DNA of 64,000 bases. It comes from the human T2T-CHM13v2.0 reference genome, Homo sapiens. Position numbers and translations under genes: made by a program. The DNA lies in NCBI RefSeq assembly GCF_009914755.1, contig NC_060931.1; one strand, 5' to 3'. How positions within the stretch are numbered: position 1 is the stretch's first letter; every line of letters starts with the position of its first letter. The notes beneath the pieces were generated by a model. That model saw only the letters and a list, made by a program, of their open reading frames with translations, searched no databases and was not told the DNA's origin. Below, one piece after another: positions 1 through 18,037 of this stretch.

Positions 1-377
1 ACCCTGAAGCACAAGAACCCAAGGAAGCTTCGGAATTTTCAAAGAAAAATGAATTACGTAGAGTGGTGTGACCAGCAAATGCAGTTTGAATTTTAAGTGT
101 GTATTCTAATTTTTTAGAAGATTCTGATTCCGTGTGTGAAAGATTGAATTACCCTCCATTTTCTAGGATGTGGCCCATTTGCCAGCCAGTCTGGACCTCA
201 GATCTTAGTTCTGGTTCTGTAACTTCAGTTGCCTGCCAGACATTTCCATCTGGGAGCCCTGTCCTCACTCTGAAACATTCTCAGAACCAGCCTCCTTCTC
301 CACCTGCCCTCAGACATTAGCACCATTCCTCTCCCATTGTCACCTTTGATTGTCTCTTCTTTACTTCCATACACTGC

Positions 378-960
<583 letters not shown>

Positions 961-1179
961 ATATGCTGCCAAATTTTTCTTCAAATGATTTCCTAGTTCC
1001 TTCCTTGCCATTCTTGCTGCCCTGAATTAAGCCCAGGTCCTCATTTATTGGCTTCCCACTTGACTCCTTCTATTTTAGCCAGCACACATGTTGTAGAACA
1101 ACTTCCTTAATGTGGCTTTCACTTGGCTTCTGACTCAGAGTGTATGAGGTCTCCTAATTTCCTAGGGCAGTAGGCCTGG

Positions 1180-1990
1180 CCCTACCCCACAAGCCTCATT
1201 ACCGTTTTATCTGCCCATATCCCATCACCCTCTATCCACATCTTGTTATCCAGTGGAGAGTTTCCACTTCTAGGTTCCAAGCCAGAAATGTGTGGATCAT
1301 TCTGTCTTCCCTCACTTCCTTAAACAACCCGTCGGCAAGTCCCACAGACTGGATCTCCAGAGTTTCCCTGTAGCTCTTTTCTCCATGCTCACCACCCTAG
1401 TTTAGGGCAATGCCACCCTTTATTGAGACTCTGGAAGAACCTCCTGACAGTTCCTGCTCCCCTCTGGCCCCTCCAATCCATTTTCTACACAGTGGCCCAG
1501 AATGTTTAAAAATGCAAATCAGGTTGTATCATGCCTCCAGTGGCTTCTCATTGCACCTAGGGTAAAATCCAAGATCCTTATAGTAGCTTCCAAGGTCCTG
1601 CATGGCTTATCCTCTCCCTCCCTCCTCGAAGACCTCAATGCACCTGACTGAACTGATCTCAGCACGTTTCCACCTCTGGCCAGGCTCTCTACCTAATGAC
1701 CCTCCTCCCTGCTTTTTGATCCATTCCACCTCTCATCTCCTAGGTCTTGGCTTAAATATCTTCAGAGAAGCCCTTCTGGACTTCCTTCAGTAGTGTCATT
1801 CCCACTTCCCGCCACTATTCTTATTACCTGTTTATTTCCTTCATACCTTTTTATCATTTGCAATGATTGTGTTTGTTTCCTCATCTTTTTTCTGCCTCCC
1901 CCAGACCTGAAGCTCCGAAAGACCCCGGAGTGTTTGTCTTGTTAACCATCGTTTCTCCAGCTGTCCACGCAATGGTCAATATGTTAGCTA
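1180..1990 (+). mobile_element. L2 LINE 3' fragment
   Basis: ctccaatccattttctacacagtggcccagaatgtttaaaaatgcaaatc... matches L2 3' region. Confidence 0.75.
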
Positions 1991-2049
1991 TTATAATTAC
2001 TATTTTAATATTACTGTTTCTTGATGATTTCAGACTCTTTGGATAGAAT

Positions 2050-3600
<1,551 letters not shown>

Positions 3601-3621
3601 AATAGTTGCATAGGTTACACG

Positions 3622-6209
3622 TGATATAGTTTGGCTGCATCCCTAACCAAATCTCATCTTGAACTGTAGCTCCCATAATCCCTACATGTTGTTGGAGGGA
3701 CCCAGTGGGAGGTCATTGAATCATGGGGGTGTGTTTTTTCCATTCTGTTCTCGTGATAGTGAATAAGTCTCTAGAGATCTGATGGTTTTATAAAGGCCAG
3801 TTCCCGGCTGTTCGCAGTGGCTCATGCCTGTAATTCCAGCACTTTGGGAGGCTGAAGTGGGTAGATTACCTGAGGTTAGGAGTTCAAGACCAACCTGGCC
3901 AACATGGTGAAGCCCCATGTCTGCTGAAAATACAAAAATTAGCTGGGTGTGGTGGCGTGTGCCTGTAATCACAGCTACTCCAGAGGCTGAGGCAGGAGAA
4001 TCACTTGAACCTAGGAGGTGGAGTTGCAGTGAGCTGAGATCACTCCACTGCACTCCAGTCTGGGTGACAGAGTGAGACTTGGTCTCAAAAGAAAAGAAGA
4101 AGAAGAAGAGGAAGAGGAAGAAGAAAGAAGAAAGAAGAAGGTGGTGGCAGTTCCCCTGCACATGCTCTCTTGCCTGCTGCCATGTAAGATGTGCTCCTCC
4201 TTTGCCCTCTGCCATGATTGTGATGCCTCCCCAGCCATGTGGAACTGTGAGTCCAATAAACCTCTTTTTCTTTACAAATTACCCAGTCTCTGGTATTTCT
4301 TCATAGCAGTATGAAAATGAACTAAACAGTAAATTGGTACTGGTAAAGTGGGGTACTGCTGTAAATATACCTGAAAATGTGGAAGTGACTTTGGAACTGG
4401 GTAACAGACAGAGGTTGGAACAGTTTGGAAGGCTCAGACGAAGACAGGAAAATATGAGAAAGTTTGGAACTTCCTAGAGACTTGTTGAATGGCTTTGACT
4501 AAAATGCTGATAGTGATATGGACAATAAAGTACAGGCTGAGGTGGTCTCAGACGGAGATGAGGAACTTGTTGGGAACTGGAGCAAAGGTGACTCTTGTTA
4601 TGCTTTGGCAAATAGACTGGCAGCATTTTGCCCCTGCCCTAGAGATCTGTGGAACTTTGAACTTGAGAGAGACGATTTAGGGTATGTGGTGGAAGAAATT
4701 TCTAAGCAGAAAAGTATTCAAGAGGAAGCAGAGCATGAAAGTTTGGAAAATTTTCAGCCTGATGATGCAATAGAAAAGAAAAACCCATTTTCTGGAGAGA
4801 AATTCAAGCCTGCTGCAGAAATTTGCATAAGTAAGGAGCCCAACGTTAGTCACCAAGACAATGGGGAAAATGTCTCCAGGGTATGTCAGAGACCTTTGCA
4901 GCAGCCCCTCCCCTCACAGGCCCAGAGGTCTAGGGGGAAAAAATGGTTTCCTGGGCCAGGCCCAGGCCCCCACTGTGTGCAGCCTAGGAACTTGGTGCTG
5001 TGAGTCCCAGCCACTCCAGCTGTGGCTAAAAGGGGCCAAGGTACCACTAGGACTTGTGGCTTCAGAGGGTGCAAGTCCCAAATCTTAGCAGCTTTTACAT
5101 GGTTTGAGCCTGCAGGTGCAAAAAAGTCAAGAATTGAGGTTGGGGAACCTCCACTTAGATTTCAGAGGATGAATGGAAATGTCTGGATGTCCAGGTGGAA
5201 GTTTGCTGCAGGAGCAGAGCTCTCATGGAGAACCTCTGCTAGGGCAGTGCAGAAAAGAAATGTGGGTTTGGAACCCCCACATGGAGTCCCCTCTAGGGCA
5301 CTGCCTAGTGGAGCTGTGAGAAGAAGGCCACCATCCTCCAGACCCCAGAATGGTAGATCCACTGACAGCCTGCACCATACACCAGGAAAAGCTGCAGACA
5401 CTCAACTGGGAAAGCAGCCAGAAGGGGGGCTATACCCAGCAAAGCCACAGAGGCAGAGCTGCCCAGGGCTGTGGGAGCCCAAGCTTGTGTCAGCATGCCC
5501 TGGATGTGAGACATGGAGTAAAAGGAGATCATTTTGTAACTTTAAGGTTTAATGATTGCCCTATTGGATTTCAGACTTGGATGGGGCCTGTAGCTCCTTT
5601 GTTTTATGGCCAATTTCTCCCATTTGAAATGGATGTATTTACCCAATGCCTGTATCCCCATTGTATCTAGGAAATAACTAACTTGCCTTTGATTTTACAG
5701 GCTCATAGGCAGAAGAGATTTGCCTTGTCTCAGATGAAACTTAGGACTTGGACTTTTGGGTTAATGCTGGAATAAGTTAAGACTTTGTGGGACTGTTGGG
5801 AAGGCATGATTGTGTTTTAAAATGTGAGGAAATGAGATGTGGGAGGGGCCAGGGGCAGAATTATATGGTTTGGCTGTGTCCCCACCCAAATCTCATCTTG
5901 AATTGTAGCTCCTGTGTGTCATGGGAGGGACACAGTGGGAGGTAATTGAAACATGGGGGTGGGTTTTTCCTATGCTATTTTCATGATAGTAAGTCTCATG
6001 AGATATGATGGTTCTATAAACGGCAGTTCCCCTACATATACTCACTTGCCTGCCACCATGTAAGACATGCCTTTGCTCCTCCTTTGCTTTCCACCATAAT
6101 TGTGAGGCCTCCCAGCTATGTGAAACTGTGAGTCCATTAAACCTCTTTTTCTTTATAAGTTACTCAGTCTTGGTATTTCTTCATAGCAGTATGAAAATGG
6201 ACTAATACA
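3622..6209 (+). mobile_element. Full-length THE1 (C/D-like) MaLR element: LTR 3622-4328, internal 4329-5860, LTR 5861-6209
   Basis: Both LTRs match the tgatatggtttggctg...actaataca consensus; polypurine tract before the 3' LTR; TSD ACACG/ACATG (3617-3621, 6210-6214); remnant internal ORFs 4518-5003 and 5022-5552. Confidence 0.93.
3806..4140 (+). mobile_element. AluS inserted in the THE1 5' LTR, with (GAA)n tail
   Basis: Alu consensus; cagttccc duplicated on both sides. Confidence 0.92.
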
Positions 6210-6469
6210 ACATGTTTGTTTTTCCCTCTTAATATATTTTGGAATGAGGAAAGATCTCTCTTGACTATGCATTCCCCCAAAAGTAATGTGAATGGATTTC
6301 ACAGCTTACCTGAAGTCAATTAGAATAATCCTTTTCCATCTTGAATTGGAGGATGGAATGAGATAAGTTCAGTGATCCATCAGGCAGATGGGTGTAGCAG
6401 GGATCCTGGTGGTGCTGGGGGTGTCCTAACAGCAATCCTGATCACAGCCATCAGTGGCGCTAGCCAGGT

Positions 6470-6690
6470 GCCAGGCCTGATTTGGAACATTGCATGTGTG
6501 TTTCCTTGTTTAATCCTCACAATCACTCTATGAGGTATATATATTATCATCATTCCCACTACATAGATGAGGAAACTGAGGGCTCAGTTAAGAAAGTTAT
6601 CCAAGCTAATAATTAGCAGAATAAGCATTCAAACCCAGACTATCTGACTCCAGAATTCATGGTCTTAACTTTTATGTTATATTGCCTCAC
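6470..6690 (-). mobile_element. MIR
   Basis: gatgaggaaactgagggctcag core. Confidence 0.8.
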
Positions 6691-6901
6691 TTGCTCCTGG
6701 GCCTGGGGCTCCAGTGCCACAGCCCCCAAGGTAGGAGTGCTTCCTGTTCCTCAGTGGGCTCAACCTGAGGGTTCAGTGGGATGGACCTTCCACTTTCATC
6801 CCATGACACACAACTCTTTGAAGTGAGTTGAATTGTGAGTCTTCCTTCTAGTTCCTCCTTGTCTTAATATCTAGAATGAAAGTCTAGAACACATCCCTAG
6901 A

Positions 6902-6963
6902 TTTTCTTTCTCTCTCTTTCCTTCCTTCTTTCCTTCCCTCCCTCCCTCCCTCCCTTCTTTTTC

Positions 6964-7059
<96 letters not shown>

Positions 7060-7077
7060 GTCTTTCTTTCTTTCTTC

Positions 7078-7089
<12 letters not shown>
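6902..7089. repeat. Compound (TTTC)n/(TC)n/(CCCT)n polypyrimidine microsatellite (Alu tail derived)
   Basis: Direct inspection. Confidence 0.95.
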
Positions 7090-7988
<899 letters not shown>

Positions 7989-8543
7989 TGAAACACTCTT
8001 CTGCCTTGCCTGCCATTCTGCTTCATTATCTCCAGGGTCTCTGGCTGTGCCCTCCCCATCCTCCCTCTCATCTGTCTGCACCTTGATTTCCCCTTGGCTC
8101 CATTCTCAGTTGTTCTTTTCTGTCTCCGCCCTCCTTGGTGACCTCACACACTCTAAAGCTTTCACCGCCATCCACACTGGTGTGTGGTCCCTGGCCTCAG
8201 CCCAGATGTCTCCCAAACTTCCTTTGAACAGTGATTGTCTGCCGAATGCTTCTACCTAGGGGGTTCACAAACTGGACAGCACACACTCCCATATGGAACA
8301 CTGCACTGGTCACCTTTTCTCATTGAATGTGCCTTCCACTTGCTGGGGAGTCATCCTGGATTCCTGCCTCTGGTCTGGCCACTCTGCAGTCCAACTGCCC
8401 TCCCTGCTGTGGGCAGATGATCTCTCCCTTCCTCGAGTCCTCCAAAGCCTCCAGCGCCAGCTCTTCCATGTGGTCTCAGAGGTCATCAGGGATTTGATCA
8501 CTTTTCACCTCATTGAACTTTGCTCTTTGCTGGATTCTGTTTC

Positions 8544-9085
<542 letters not shown>

Positions 9086-9149
9086 TGTATTTTCCCAGCT
9101 TTCTGCACAGCTTGGAGTTCCCTGTGTTTATTTTCCATGGCCTTGCCCC

Positions 9150-9914
<765 letters not shown>

Positions 9915-9954
9915 CTCCCCTTCCTAGAGATCCCTCATCTCCACCGACATCTGG

Positions 9955-10180
9955 TCAATACTTATCCTTCCCTTAAGTCAGCTCTGCTCACAGTGGGAGT
10001 GTGTCCCTCTGCCACTCCATCACTGCTCTCCCCACATTGCAATGATCTATTTACACACCTGTCTCACCTCCTATTCCATGAACTTCTTGAGGGCAGAGGC
10101 TGTGTCTCATTTATCTTTGTAATCCCAGTATAGTGCCTGGAACATAGTACACATTTGGTGAATTATGATTTAAAGAATTG
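9955..10180 (+). mobile_element. L2 3' end
   Basis: ttcttgagggcagaggctgtgtctcatttatctttgtaatcccag...tagtgcctggaacatagt. Confidence 0.75.
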
Positions 10181-10416
10181 ATGGTGCCTTTTCTGTTAGC
10201 ACTATTCTTTTCTCATCTATCTCTATTTCTAATCACTTTGGGAAATGCTCTTGGCTGCATGATGAAACAGAGTGCCAGGTCTTCATAAAAAAAAAAAAAA
10301 AAAGCTTGTTGATTGGGTAAACTCACCAAGCTGACTAGAGCAGTTTTAAGTATAAATTGTTTACTCATATACTGCCTGTGGCTATAGAATGCAAATTAAT
10401 CACTTTGGCAAAGTGT

Positions 10417-10614
10417 TGTATTAGAGTTCTCCAGAGAGACAGGACCAATAGGAGATAGGTAGATAGATAGATAGATAGATAGATAGAACCAATAGGAGAT
10501 AGATGATAGATAGACAGATAGATAGATAGATAGATAGATGATAGATAGATAGATAGATAGATAGAACCAATAGGAAATAGATAGGTAGATAGATAGACAC
10601 AACCAATAGGAGAT

Positions 10615-10666
<52 letters not shown>

Positions 10667-11250
10667 CAGACAGAACCAACAGGAGATAGATACATAGGTA
10701 AATAGATGATAGGTAGATAGAGATAGAGAGTTATAGATATATGAGAAGGGATTTATTTGGGGAATTGGCTCACAAACTATGGAGGCTGAGAAGTCCCATG
10801 ATAGGTTATCTACAAGCTGGAGACTCAGTGATGCTGACAGCATGGCTCAGTCCCCGTCTAAAGGCCTCGGAACCTCAGAACCAGGGGAGCTCATGCTGTA
10901 ACTCTCAGTCCGAGGCTGAAGGCTTGAGAACTTGAGGGGGTCTGCTGGTACAAGTTCCAGAGTCCAAAGGCCAGAGATCTTGGAATTCTGATGTCCAAGA
11001 GCAGGAGAAAAAGGGTGTCCCAGCTCCGAGAGTGAGTGTGGATTCACCTGCCTTTTTGTTCTATCCAGGTCCAAAGCTGAATGGGTGGTGCCCGTCCATG
11101 TTGAGGGTGAATCTTCTCCACTCAGTCCACCAACTCACATGCCAGTCTCTTCTGAAAACACCCTCACAGACACACCCAGAAAGAATGCTTCACCAGCTAT
11201 CTAGGCATCCCTTGAGCCAATCAAGGTGACACCTAAAATTAACCATCATA
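10417..11250 (-). mobile_element. MLT2 (ERVL) solo LTR with expanded GATA repeat
   Basis: tgtattagagttctccagagagacaggaccaatagg ... caaggtgacacctaaaattaaccatcata. Confidence 0.88.
10441..10740. repeat. Compound VNTR: five units of [aaccaataggaga + (GATA)n]
   Basis: Unit heads near 10444, 10487, 10565, 10601 and 10674. Confidence 0.93.
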
Positions 11251-11337
11251 GTGATAATTTAAGGCATTAAGGACATCATTTCATGTCCTGCAGCTCTTTA
11301 AGCCCAGGCTTGGTCATTTTCAATAAGTGGAAATTAA

Positions 11338-11631
<294 letters not shown>

Positions 11632-14073
11632 TGGAAATTACCATTCTAAGTCATCTTTGTGACTGCTGTGACTGCCAGGAAATCAGAGTAGTCCACCAGG
11701 AAGAGTTATCTCTTGGGCTGAACAGAACAGTGGTTGAGTGTCTCTGGTGTGACAGGTGCTATATTCGCCATGGGGATAGATGAATGGAAAGGAATTTGTA
11801 AAGGTATTGACAATGTTTTTTGAGTTTTTAAACAGGATGCTTGTCATTTTAATGACACAGACTCTAATTTCTAAGCATTTTTAGAGGGATGCATATTTTT
11901 GTATACTATTAACTGCATAGTCTTCTTTCTTAGAATGCCTAATTTACCAGACATTGACAGAACTTTAGCTCAAGCCTCACTAAGAAGACGTAGCAGTGCA
12001 CGCTCTGGGATTATTTTATACTTCACTAGGATGACTTATTTATAGAACAGAATCTTTTTGCTTTCCTACAAGATTCAACAGTTCTATTAAGCAACAGCAA
12101 AAGAAACAGCTACTTCTCCAGAGCAGACTTCAATCTTAAGCAAGATTTATATTTCAAAAATAAATATTTAAAAGCAAATCATAACAGAGCTAAAACCAAC
12201 AATACCACATATACCCAAACTATGCCAGTGAGTCTGGGTCCATATCTTGTAGGAATTATATGTTTCTGAAAACCTAGAGAGATTTTATTCTCTCCCTAAA
12301 GAAAAGTTTAAGGTCTTATTCTATCCATACACACACACATCAGACTGAAAAGCAAAATCAGAAGACTGAGTTCACCTGAATTTAATTCAAATTCGAGGAA
12401 GTAGCATTTGAAATAGCTTATTTTTTGACTGGATTCAACCTGAAGTATATTGTGATTTCTCAATATCTCCTTCCACAGGGAAACATTATTTCTTGCCTAT
12501 GATGGGTACAAATCTATATATACTCTGCACATACAGTCACTCTTTGTCACACTTGATAATGGGTCACATTTGTGGTGAACAGATGTTTCCTGAGAGTCTG
12601 AGACTCATGAGCAAAGCCGTGGTGTGGGTAAGAGGGATGAGCTGTTCTCACTGGATGCTTCAAAAGGGGCTGTGCTTACAATTAGTCTGAAAGCCAAATT
12701 ATCCTTATTGAAGAAGGACAAAATGGCATGGGCAAGCTCTTATCTCCTGTCTTAGGACAGATGCTGCTTATGAAAATTGTCTGTACCTGTCTTTGATGAT
12801 TCTGGACTAGAAATGGTTCCCTGGCATGACTGGGTGTCTTAGAAAGGACACTGTGGAGTTAACTTCTGGAAGGAAAGTCTAACATGATCTGCAGGCTCAA
12901 TAACAGATAAAGGGAAAAAAGAAGGGAAAGAAGACAAAAGGAAAGGAGTTTTTCACTCTGACAAGAACCACATGAGTGACTAACCCTAAAGATGGAAATA
13001 GAAAATGACCTTTGGTGAGGGATATTTTCTGAACATTCAAAGCTGGATTTGACTGCTTTATAACATTTCAAATGGCATGGAATGTACTCTGTTGTGAATG
13101 AGAAATGCCCCCTTTAAAATGAGCAAAGCCTTAAGTTAGTCTACATGACAGTGACTCTGGCCAGGTAGAATATTTCAACCCTGCACTTCCTGGCCTGTAC
13201 CCTTTCGAGCAATTGCATTTCATAAATTTCAGGAGCATGCCTGAAGCAGATGGTTGAGACATGGGAAGGATCATAAATCCGGGCCTCAATGTCTTCCAGC
13301 TCCCAAATTCAAGGCTCTGAAATGCTGGCCTTGGCACAACTTGGCATCCATGCCATGGAACAGTCTTCCACAGGTGGTAGTTCAGTATCTTATGTTTAGT
13401 TCTTATTGCCGTCCTTGAAAAGCAGCAGTATATAGGAATGGTAAAAGACCTCTCTTTTTCTTGTGTGCCATAAAAATAGCTAGATAGAAACTCTTTCCAG
13501 AGCAAAGAAAAGTAGGTTGAAATGTTCTACACTTTGTGGTTGAGGCTGAATTCCGACTGAGCAAATACACACAAATGAGGGGAGACAATATCAACCCCAC
13601 AATGTTGGGGTGAACTCCTCGGTGACAGATGAAGAAACAAACACTCTCAGTGCAGTTATCCTCATATCAGATGCTTTACCCTGAACCAAACGTTTTTCCA
13701 GAAATTTTTTTCTCTGTTACCAAAGTAATACACATTCATTCTAGATTTTTGGAAGTTCAGACAAACATAAGGAAGAAAATCTCCTTTGCTTTTCCTGTAC
13801 ATGTACACGTGGAAAAACGTCCTTTGCCTTGGGTCGTGTTTTGTGGATTATGCCTAATTAAAGACAGTACTCTTCTTAGAGACCAGTATCAAAATGAGTT
13901 GAGGGGACTTGCAAGAAGGAATGAATGGAATGTATTCATTTCTCCACATTCCTATCCCCAGTTTTTGGGGAAAGGTGGTGAGCCCCTGTGTCTTGCATTG
14001 ATAACACGAGAAGTACCTGAGAGTTTCCTGCGAGAAATGAGCAGTCACTGTACCTCATCTAAAGTGCTTTGAA

Positions 14074-14453
<380 letters not shown>

Positions 14454-15934
14454 TCAGTTCATCCTCTGAGGAGGCGCTCATTCCTGTTTGAGGATAAGAG
14501 TGGAGAAGAACATTTTGGGGAAGCCCTGGACCTTTCGTATTCGGCCTTTCAGAGACCTTCCAGTACTGGGTCACTGATGTCCCTTCAGGATGTGAGTAAC
14601 CTCCACTGACTACTGCAGACCTCTGATCACTTCCTTTAGTGTAACTCGCTCTGCACAGCCACAAAAGATGGGCTGCTGCCTGGCTGAGGAAACACCCTTC
14701 TGGTCAAGGGGCTGAAGAAAATCTGTTGTCCGCTTGACTGAGGACGACTTCCTGACAAATGTTTCACATGGAAGAATAGGTCCAGGTTTCCATAGGTTTG
14801 TCCAAAGGTTTGGTTATGTTATATCCTGCTTCTTTTGAATGATAACATCCATCATAGAGTTATAGGCTGTGGTCACCTGTTCTCGGACCTTTGGTTGGGT
14901 CCCTGAATCACATGTAACTGTTTTTCTGTAATCATCATCAAATCCACCTTACCTGTGGCTCTAGAACTCAGCAACTCTAGAACACAGGGCTGTTAGTTTT
15001 CCAGATCTTCTTTGTAACTATGTTAAGCATTAAGAAATACTAGGTTCAGGGATGACAGGCATACAATGTGTATGTATCTTTTTCTGCCAAAATGAGGTGT
15101 GAATCAGTTAGCACATTTGAGACCTGGTACCCAAAACAGCCAGGATGAATGAGGTGAAGAAGGCACAGTGGGAGCCCTCAGGTGCCACTTCCTCTCCACT
15201 CTACAAAATCAGAAGTCTCTGTTGCTTGCATGTTATGTGGATGTGGTTTTCATTTTTCTGGCCCTTTTGGATTGGCTTTCTTTTGGACCGTTTGTGTGGC
15301 ATTGATGCTGCCTTCCCCCAGCACGGCCTTTGCTTCTGCCTCTCCTAAATGAAGCACCCCACTGTCCAGATGGTACCATCTCTTCATTACAGAAAAATCA
15401 TCTAAGTAGAAAGAAGTAGCGTTTGAGCCACATTGCTATGTAGTGTTGGGAGGAACAGTCTCTATCGACCCTCAGCTCACTTCCTGATCAACTCAGCCTA
15501 TGGCTCAGACAATTGGTTTGTTTTCCACGAAGGTTTAAAGTGTGGAGTACATGGTTCCAACCCTCACCCTCTCACTCAGTTTTTCTGGGAAAATTAGCTG
15601 GCATGATACATTTCAGATTCAAAAAGCTGGACTCTGGGATGCCCTCCCCAAGATGGCAGAGCTTTGGGATGAAAACAGTGTCAGGTAAGGAGTTAAGTAG
15701 CCTTATCTTGGCCTAAGTTCACTGAACTGACCAAGCTTGATTGTATCCAGTTGGTCAAGTGGACACTCAACATGACTTTGCTGGAATCACAAGGTGGTTG
15801 TTGCCATTGGAGGAAAGAACAGATGTGGAAGGCCTCATACGAGGTGGGAAAATATAGTTCTCTGGAGTTCCAATGAGAGAGTTCCAAGGCCTCACTGAAT
15901 TAGGGCCTTGGGGAAATATGACACAGATTCTAGA

Positions 15935-16105
15935 GCTGAGCAACAAGAGAAAGCATGTCTAATGAGAAAGTGAGCTCCCCAGAATTGGAGGATTTCAAGC
16001 AGAGACCAGGTACCTAGGTGCCAGGGGTGCTATGAAGGTAGAAGACTGGACTAGGTGCCCAGAGTCTCTGTGTGGTGATCAAACTTTTCCAAAGATTGTA
16101 GTTCT
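15935..16105 (+). mobile_element. L3/CR1 3' end fragment
   Basis: gtgagctccccagaattggaggatttcaagcagagacc...ggactaggtg...ttccaaagattgtagttct. Confidence 0.65.
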
Positions 16106-17220
16106 TGGCACTGACCTGGAGTCCTCAACAGCTTCTGCATCCTTGGTCTCAACTTGGGTCTGGTGTCCTGGTCCCTAGGTGGTGAGCTCCCTGAGCACAG
16201 GGCACTGGTCTTGTCCATCATCCTCCCCTAGCACCTGTCTCTGTGCCTTTCACCTTAAGGGTGTTCTACAAGTGTTTCCTAAAGGGGTGGTGGCATGCTG
16301 GCTCCTCCAACCCCAGCTGTGAGCTGAAATACTGTCTCAAATCCAAACTGTCTACATGATACTGATAAGAAACAGGATTCGAATCTCAATTTTGCTACCC
16401 AAGGATTTTGATGTAAGAGAATGTAAATTTAAAACCAACATTAGGACTGTGAGTTTGAGACTAAAACTCTGGCCTTGCTGTTCCATGGCCTTAGGAGAAG
16501 CACAGGCATCAGGACAGATGGAAAGAGAGAGAGCGAGACAGACAGACAGACAAACAGGGTGCTCTGCAAAGCAGCCAGTGGGCAGAGGAGCCTCCATGGA
16601 GCTCCTAGAACTTATCTTAGCAATTTTCCAAGTTTCTAGGCAGCCTGACCAAGTAGGAAGAATAATTTGGTCAATTCCATGAAGAGGTTCCCTCTTTTGA
16701 AATGCATGATTCTAATCCGCAGCTCTTTCATCAAAGCAAAGGCAGTGAATAACACAGCCCAAACTGATTTTGTTGGTAAACACCACCCAACTGTTTTCTT
16801 ATTAGTTTACCTTGGCAATACCTCTCTATGATGTAATTATGTGAGGTTTCAGAGCCATATTTACTTCCATCCCACACACACCTTATGTTACCTCATCTTC
16901 CACTGCCATATTGAGAGAAAGGAACACTTCTCAGTTCCTGCAGAAACTTGAAGAATCCTATTGGGAGATAAGGCAGACATTGACTCCAAATAGTTGGGTG
17001 GTGGTGAAGTGCAAGTATGAGACCAGGGCTTCCGTAGGAGGAGGTCACTTCAGAGGAGGAGGAGAGGGGAAGAGGAAACCCCCAGGCAGCCAGTGACCAG
17101 GAAAGCAGTAAAGTGATGGCTAATTATTGTGAAAGAACCAAGTTGGAAACAGTTCACATCAATCCTCAGAGAGGGTTGGACAATTCTGGCCAATTTGGTA
17201 CACCTGTCAAGGAAAGATGG

Positions 17221-17587
17221 TGATATGGTTTGGCTCTGTGTCCCCACCCAAATCTCATCTCGAATTGTAATCCCCACTTGTCAAGGGAGGGATCTGGTGG
17301 GAGGTGATTGCATCGTGGGAGCAGTTTCTCCCATGTTGCTGTCATGATAGTGAGTGAGTTCTCATGAGATCTGATGGTTTTATAAGGGGCTCTTCCCACT
17401 TTACATGCTCTTTTTCTCTCTCCTGCCGCCTTGTGAAGAAGGCGCCTGTTTTCCCTTCTGCCATGATTGTAAGTTTCCTGAGGCTACCCCAGCCATGCAG
17501 AACTGTGAATTAATTGAATTGCCTTTGTTTATAAATTACCCAGTCTCAAGTAGTATCTCTAGAGCCGTGTGAAAATCGGCTAATACA
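17221..17587 (+). mobile_element. MSTA-like MaLR solo LTR
   Basis: tgatatggtttggctctgtgtcccc...taataca; perfect TSD GATGG. Confidence 0.92.
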
Positions 17588-17749
17588 GATGGGAAGTCAG
17601 GGTCTCTCCTGGGGGACAGAGGAGCGTGCTTGAGACAGAATAGGAAGAAATTCATACAGAATCGAAAGAGTTGCTGACATGCTGCTGCCCAAATACAGCA
17701 GCTTCTTCAGACCTCAGGTGTCCCCCAGAGGTGCCATCTTTGAATCTAA

Positions 17750-18037
17750 TGTGTAGATTCTTATTCAGTTGGTCTGGGTAGGGTGTGGGCTTTAGAATTT
17801 TAAAAGATCTCCCTGGTGCTTCTAATGCACAGGTAGGGTTGAGAAGCACACTGTTCTCAAAGAGTGGTCCCAGACCAGCAGCATCAGCATCACCTGGGAA
17901 ATTGGAAGAAATGCAAATTCTAGGGCCCCAACCCAGAATTACTGAATCAGAAACTCTGGCAATGGTGCCCATCAAACTGTGTTGTATTTAACGAGTTCTG
18001 CAGGTGATTCCGATATTTGCTGAAGTTGAACTACTGC
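17750..18037 (+). mobile_element. Two tandem MER5A-type hAT-Charlie MITEs (first partial)
   Basis: gttctcaaagagtggtcccagaccagcagcatcagcatcacctgggaa...actactg. Confidence 0.8.

Noticed and set aside
4518-5552. 161-aa and 176-aa ORFs
   Set aside because: Decayed THE1 internal-region ORF, not a host gene.
10396-10843. ORFs with (LSIY)n repeats
   Set aside because: Translation of the (GATA)n microsatellite.
13629-14072. 147-aa + strand ORF
   Set aside because: No recognisable homology; it is antisense to the Academ-like fossil.
17590-17760. Possible first catalytic-D region of the Academ-like frame (NLHIRFKDGTSGGH..AAVFGQ)
   Set aside because: Position is plausible, but it overlaps the MER5A boundary and the match is too weak to include.
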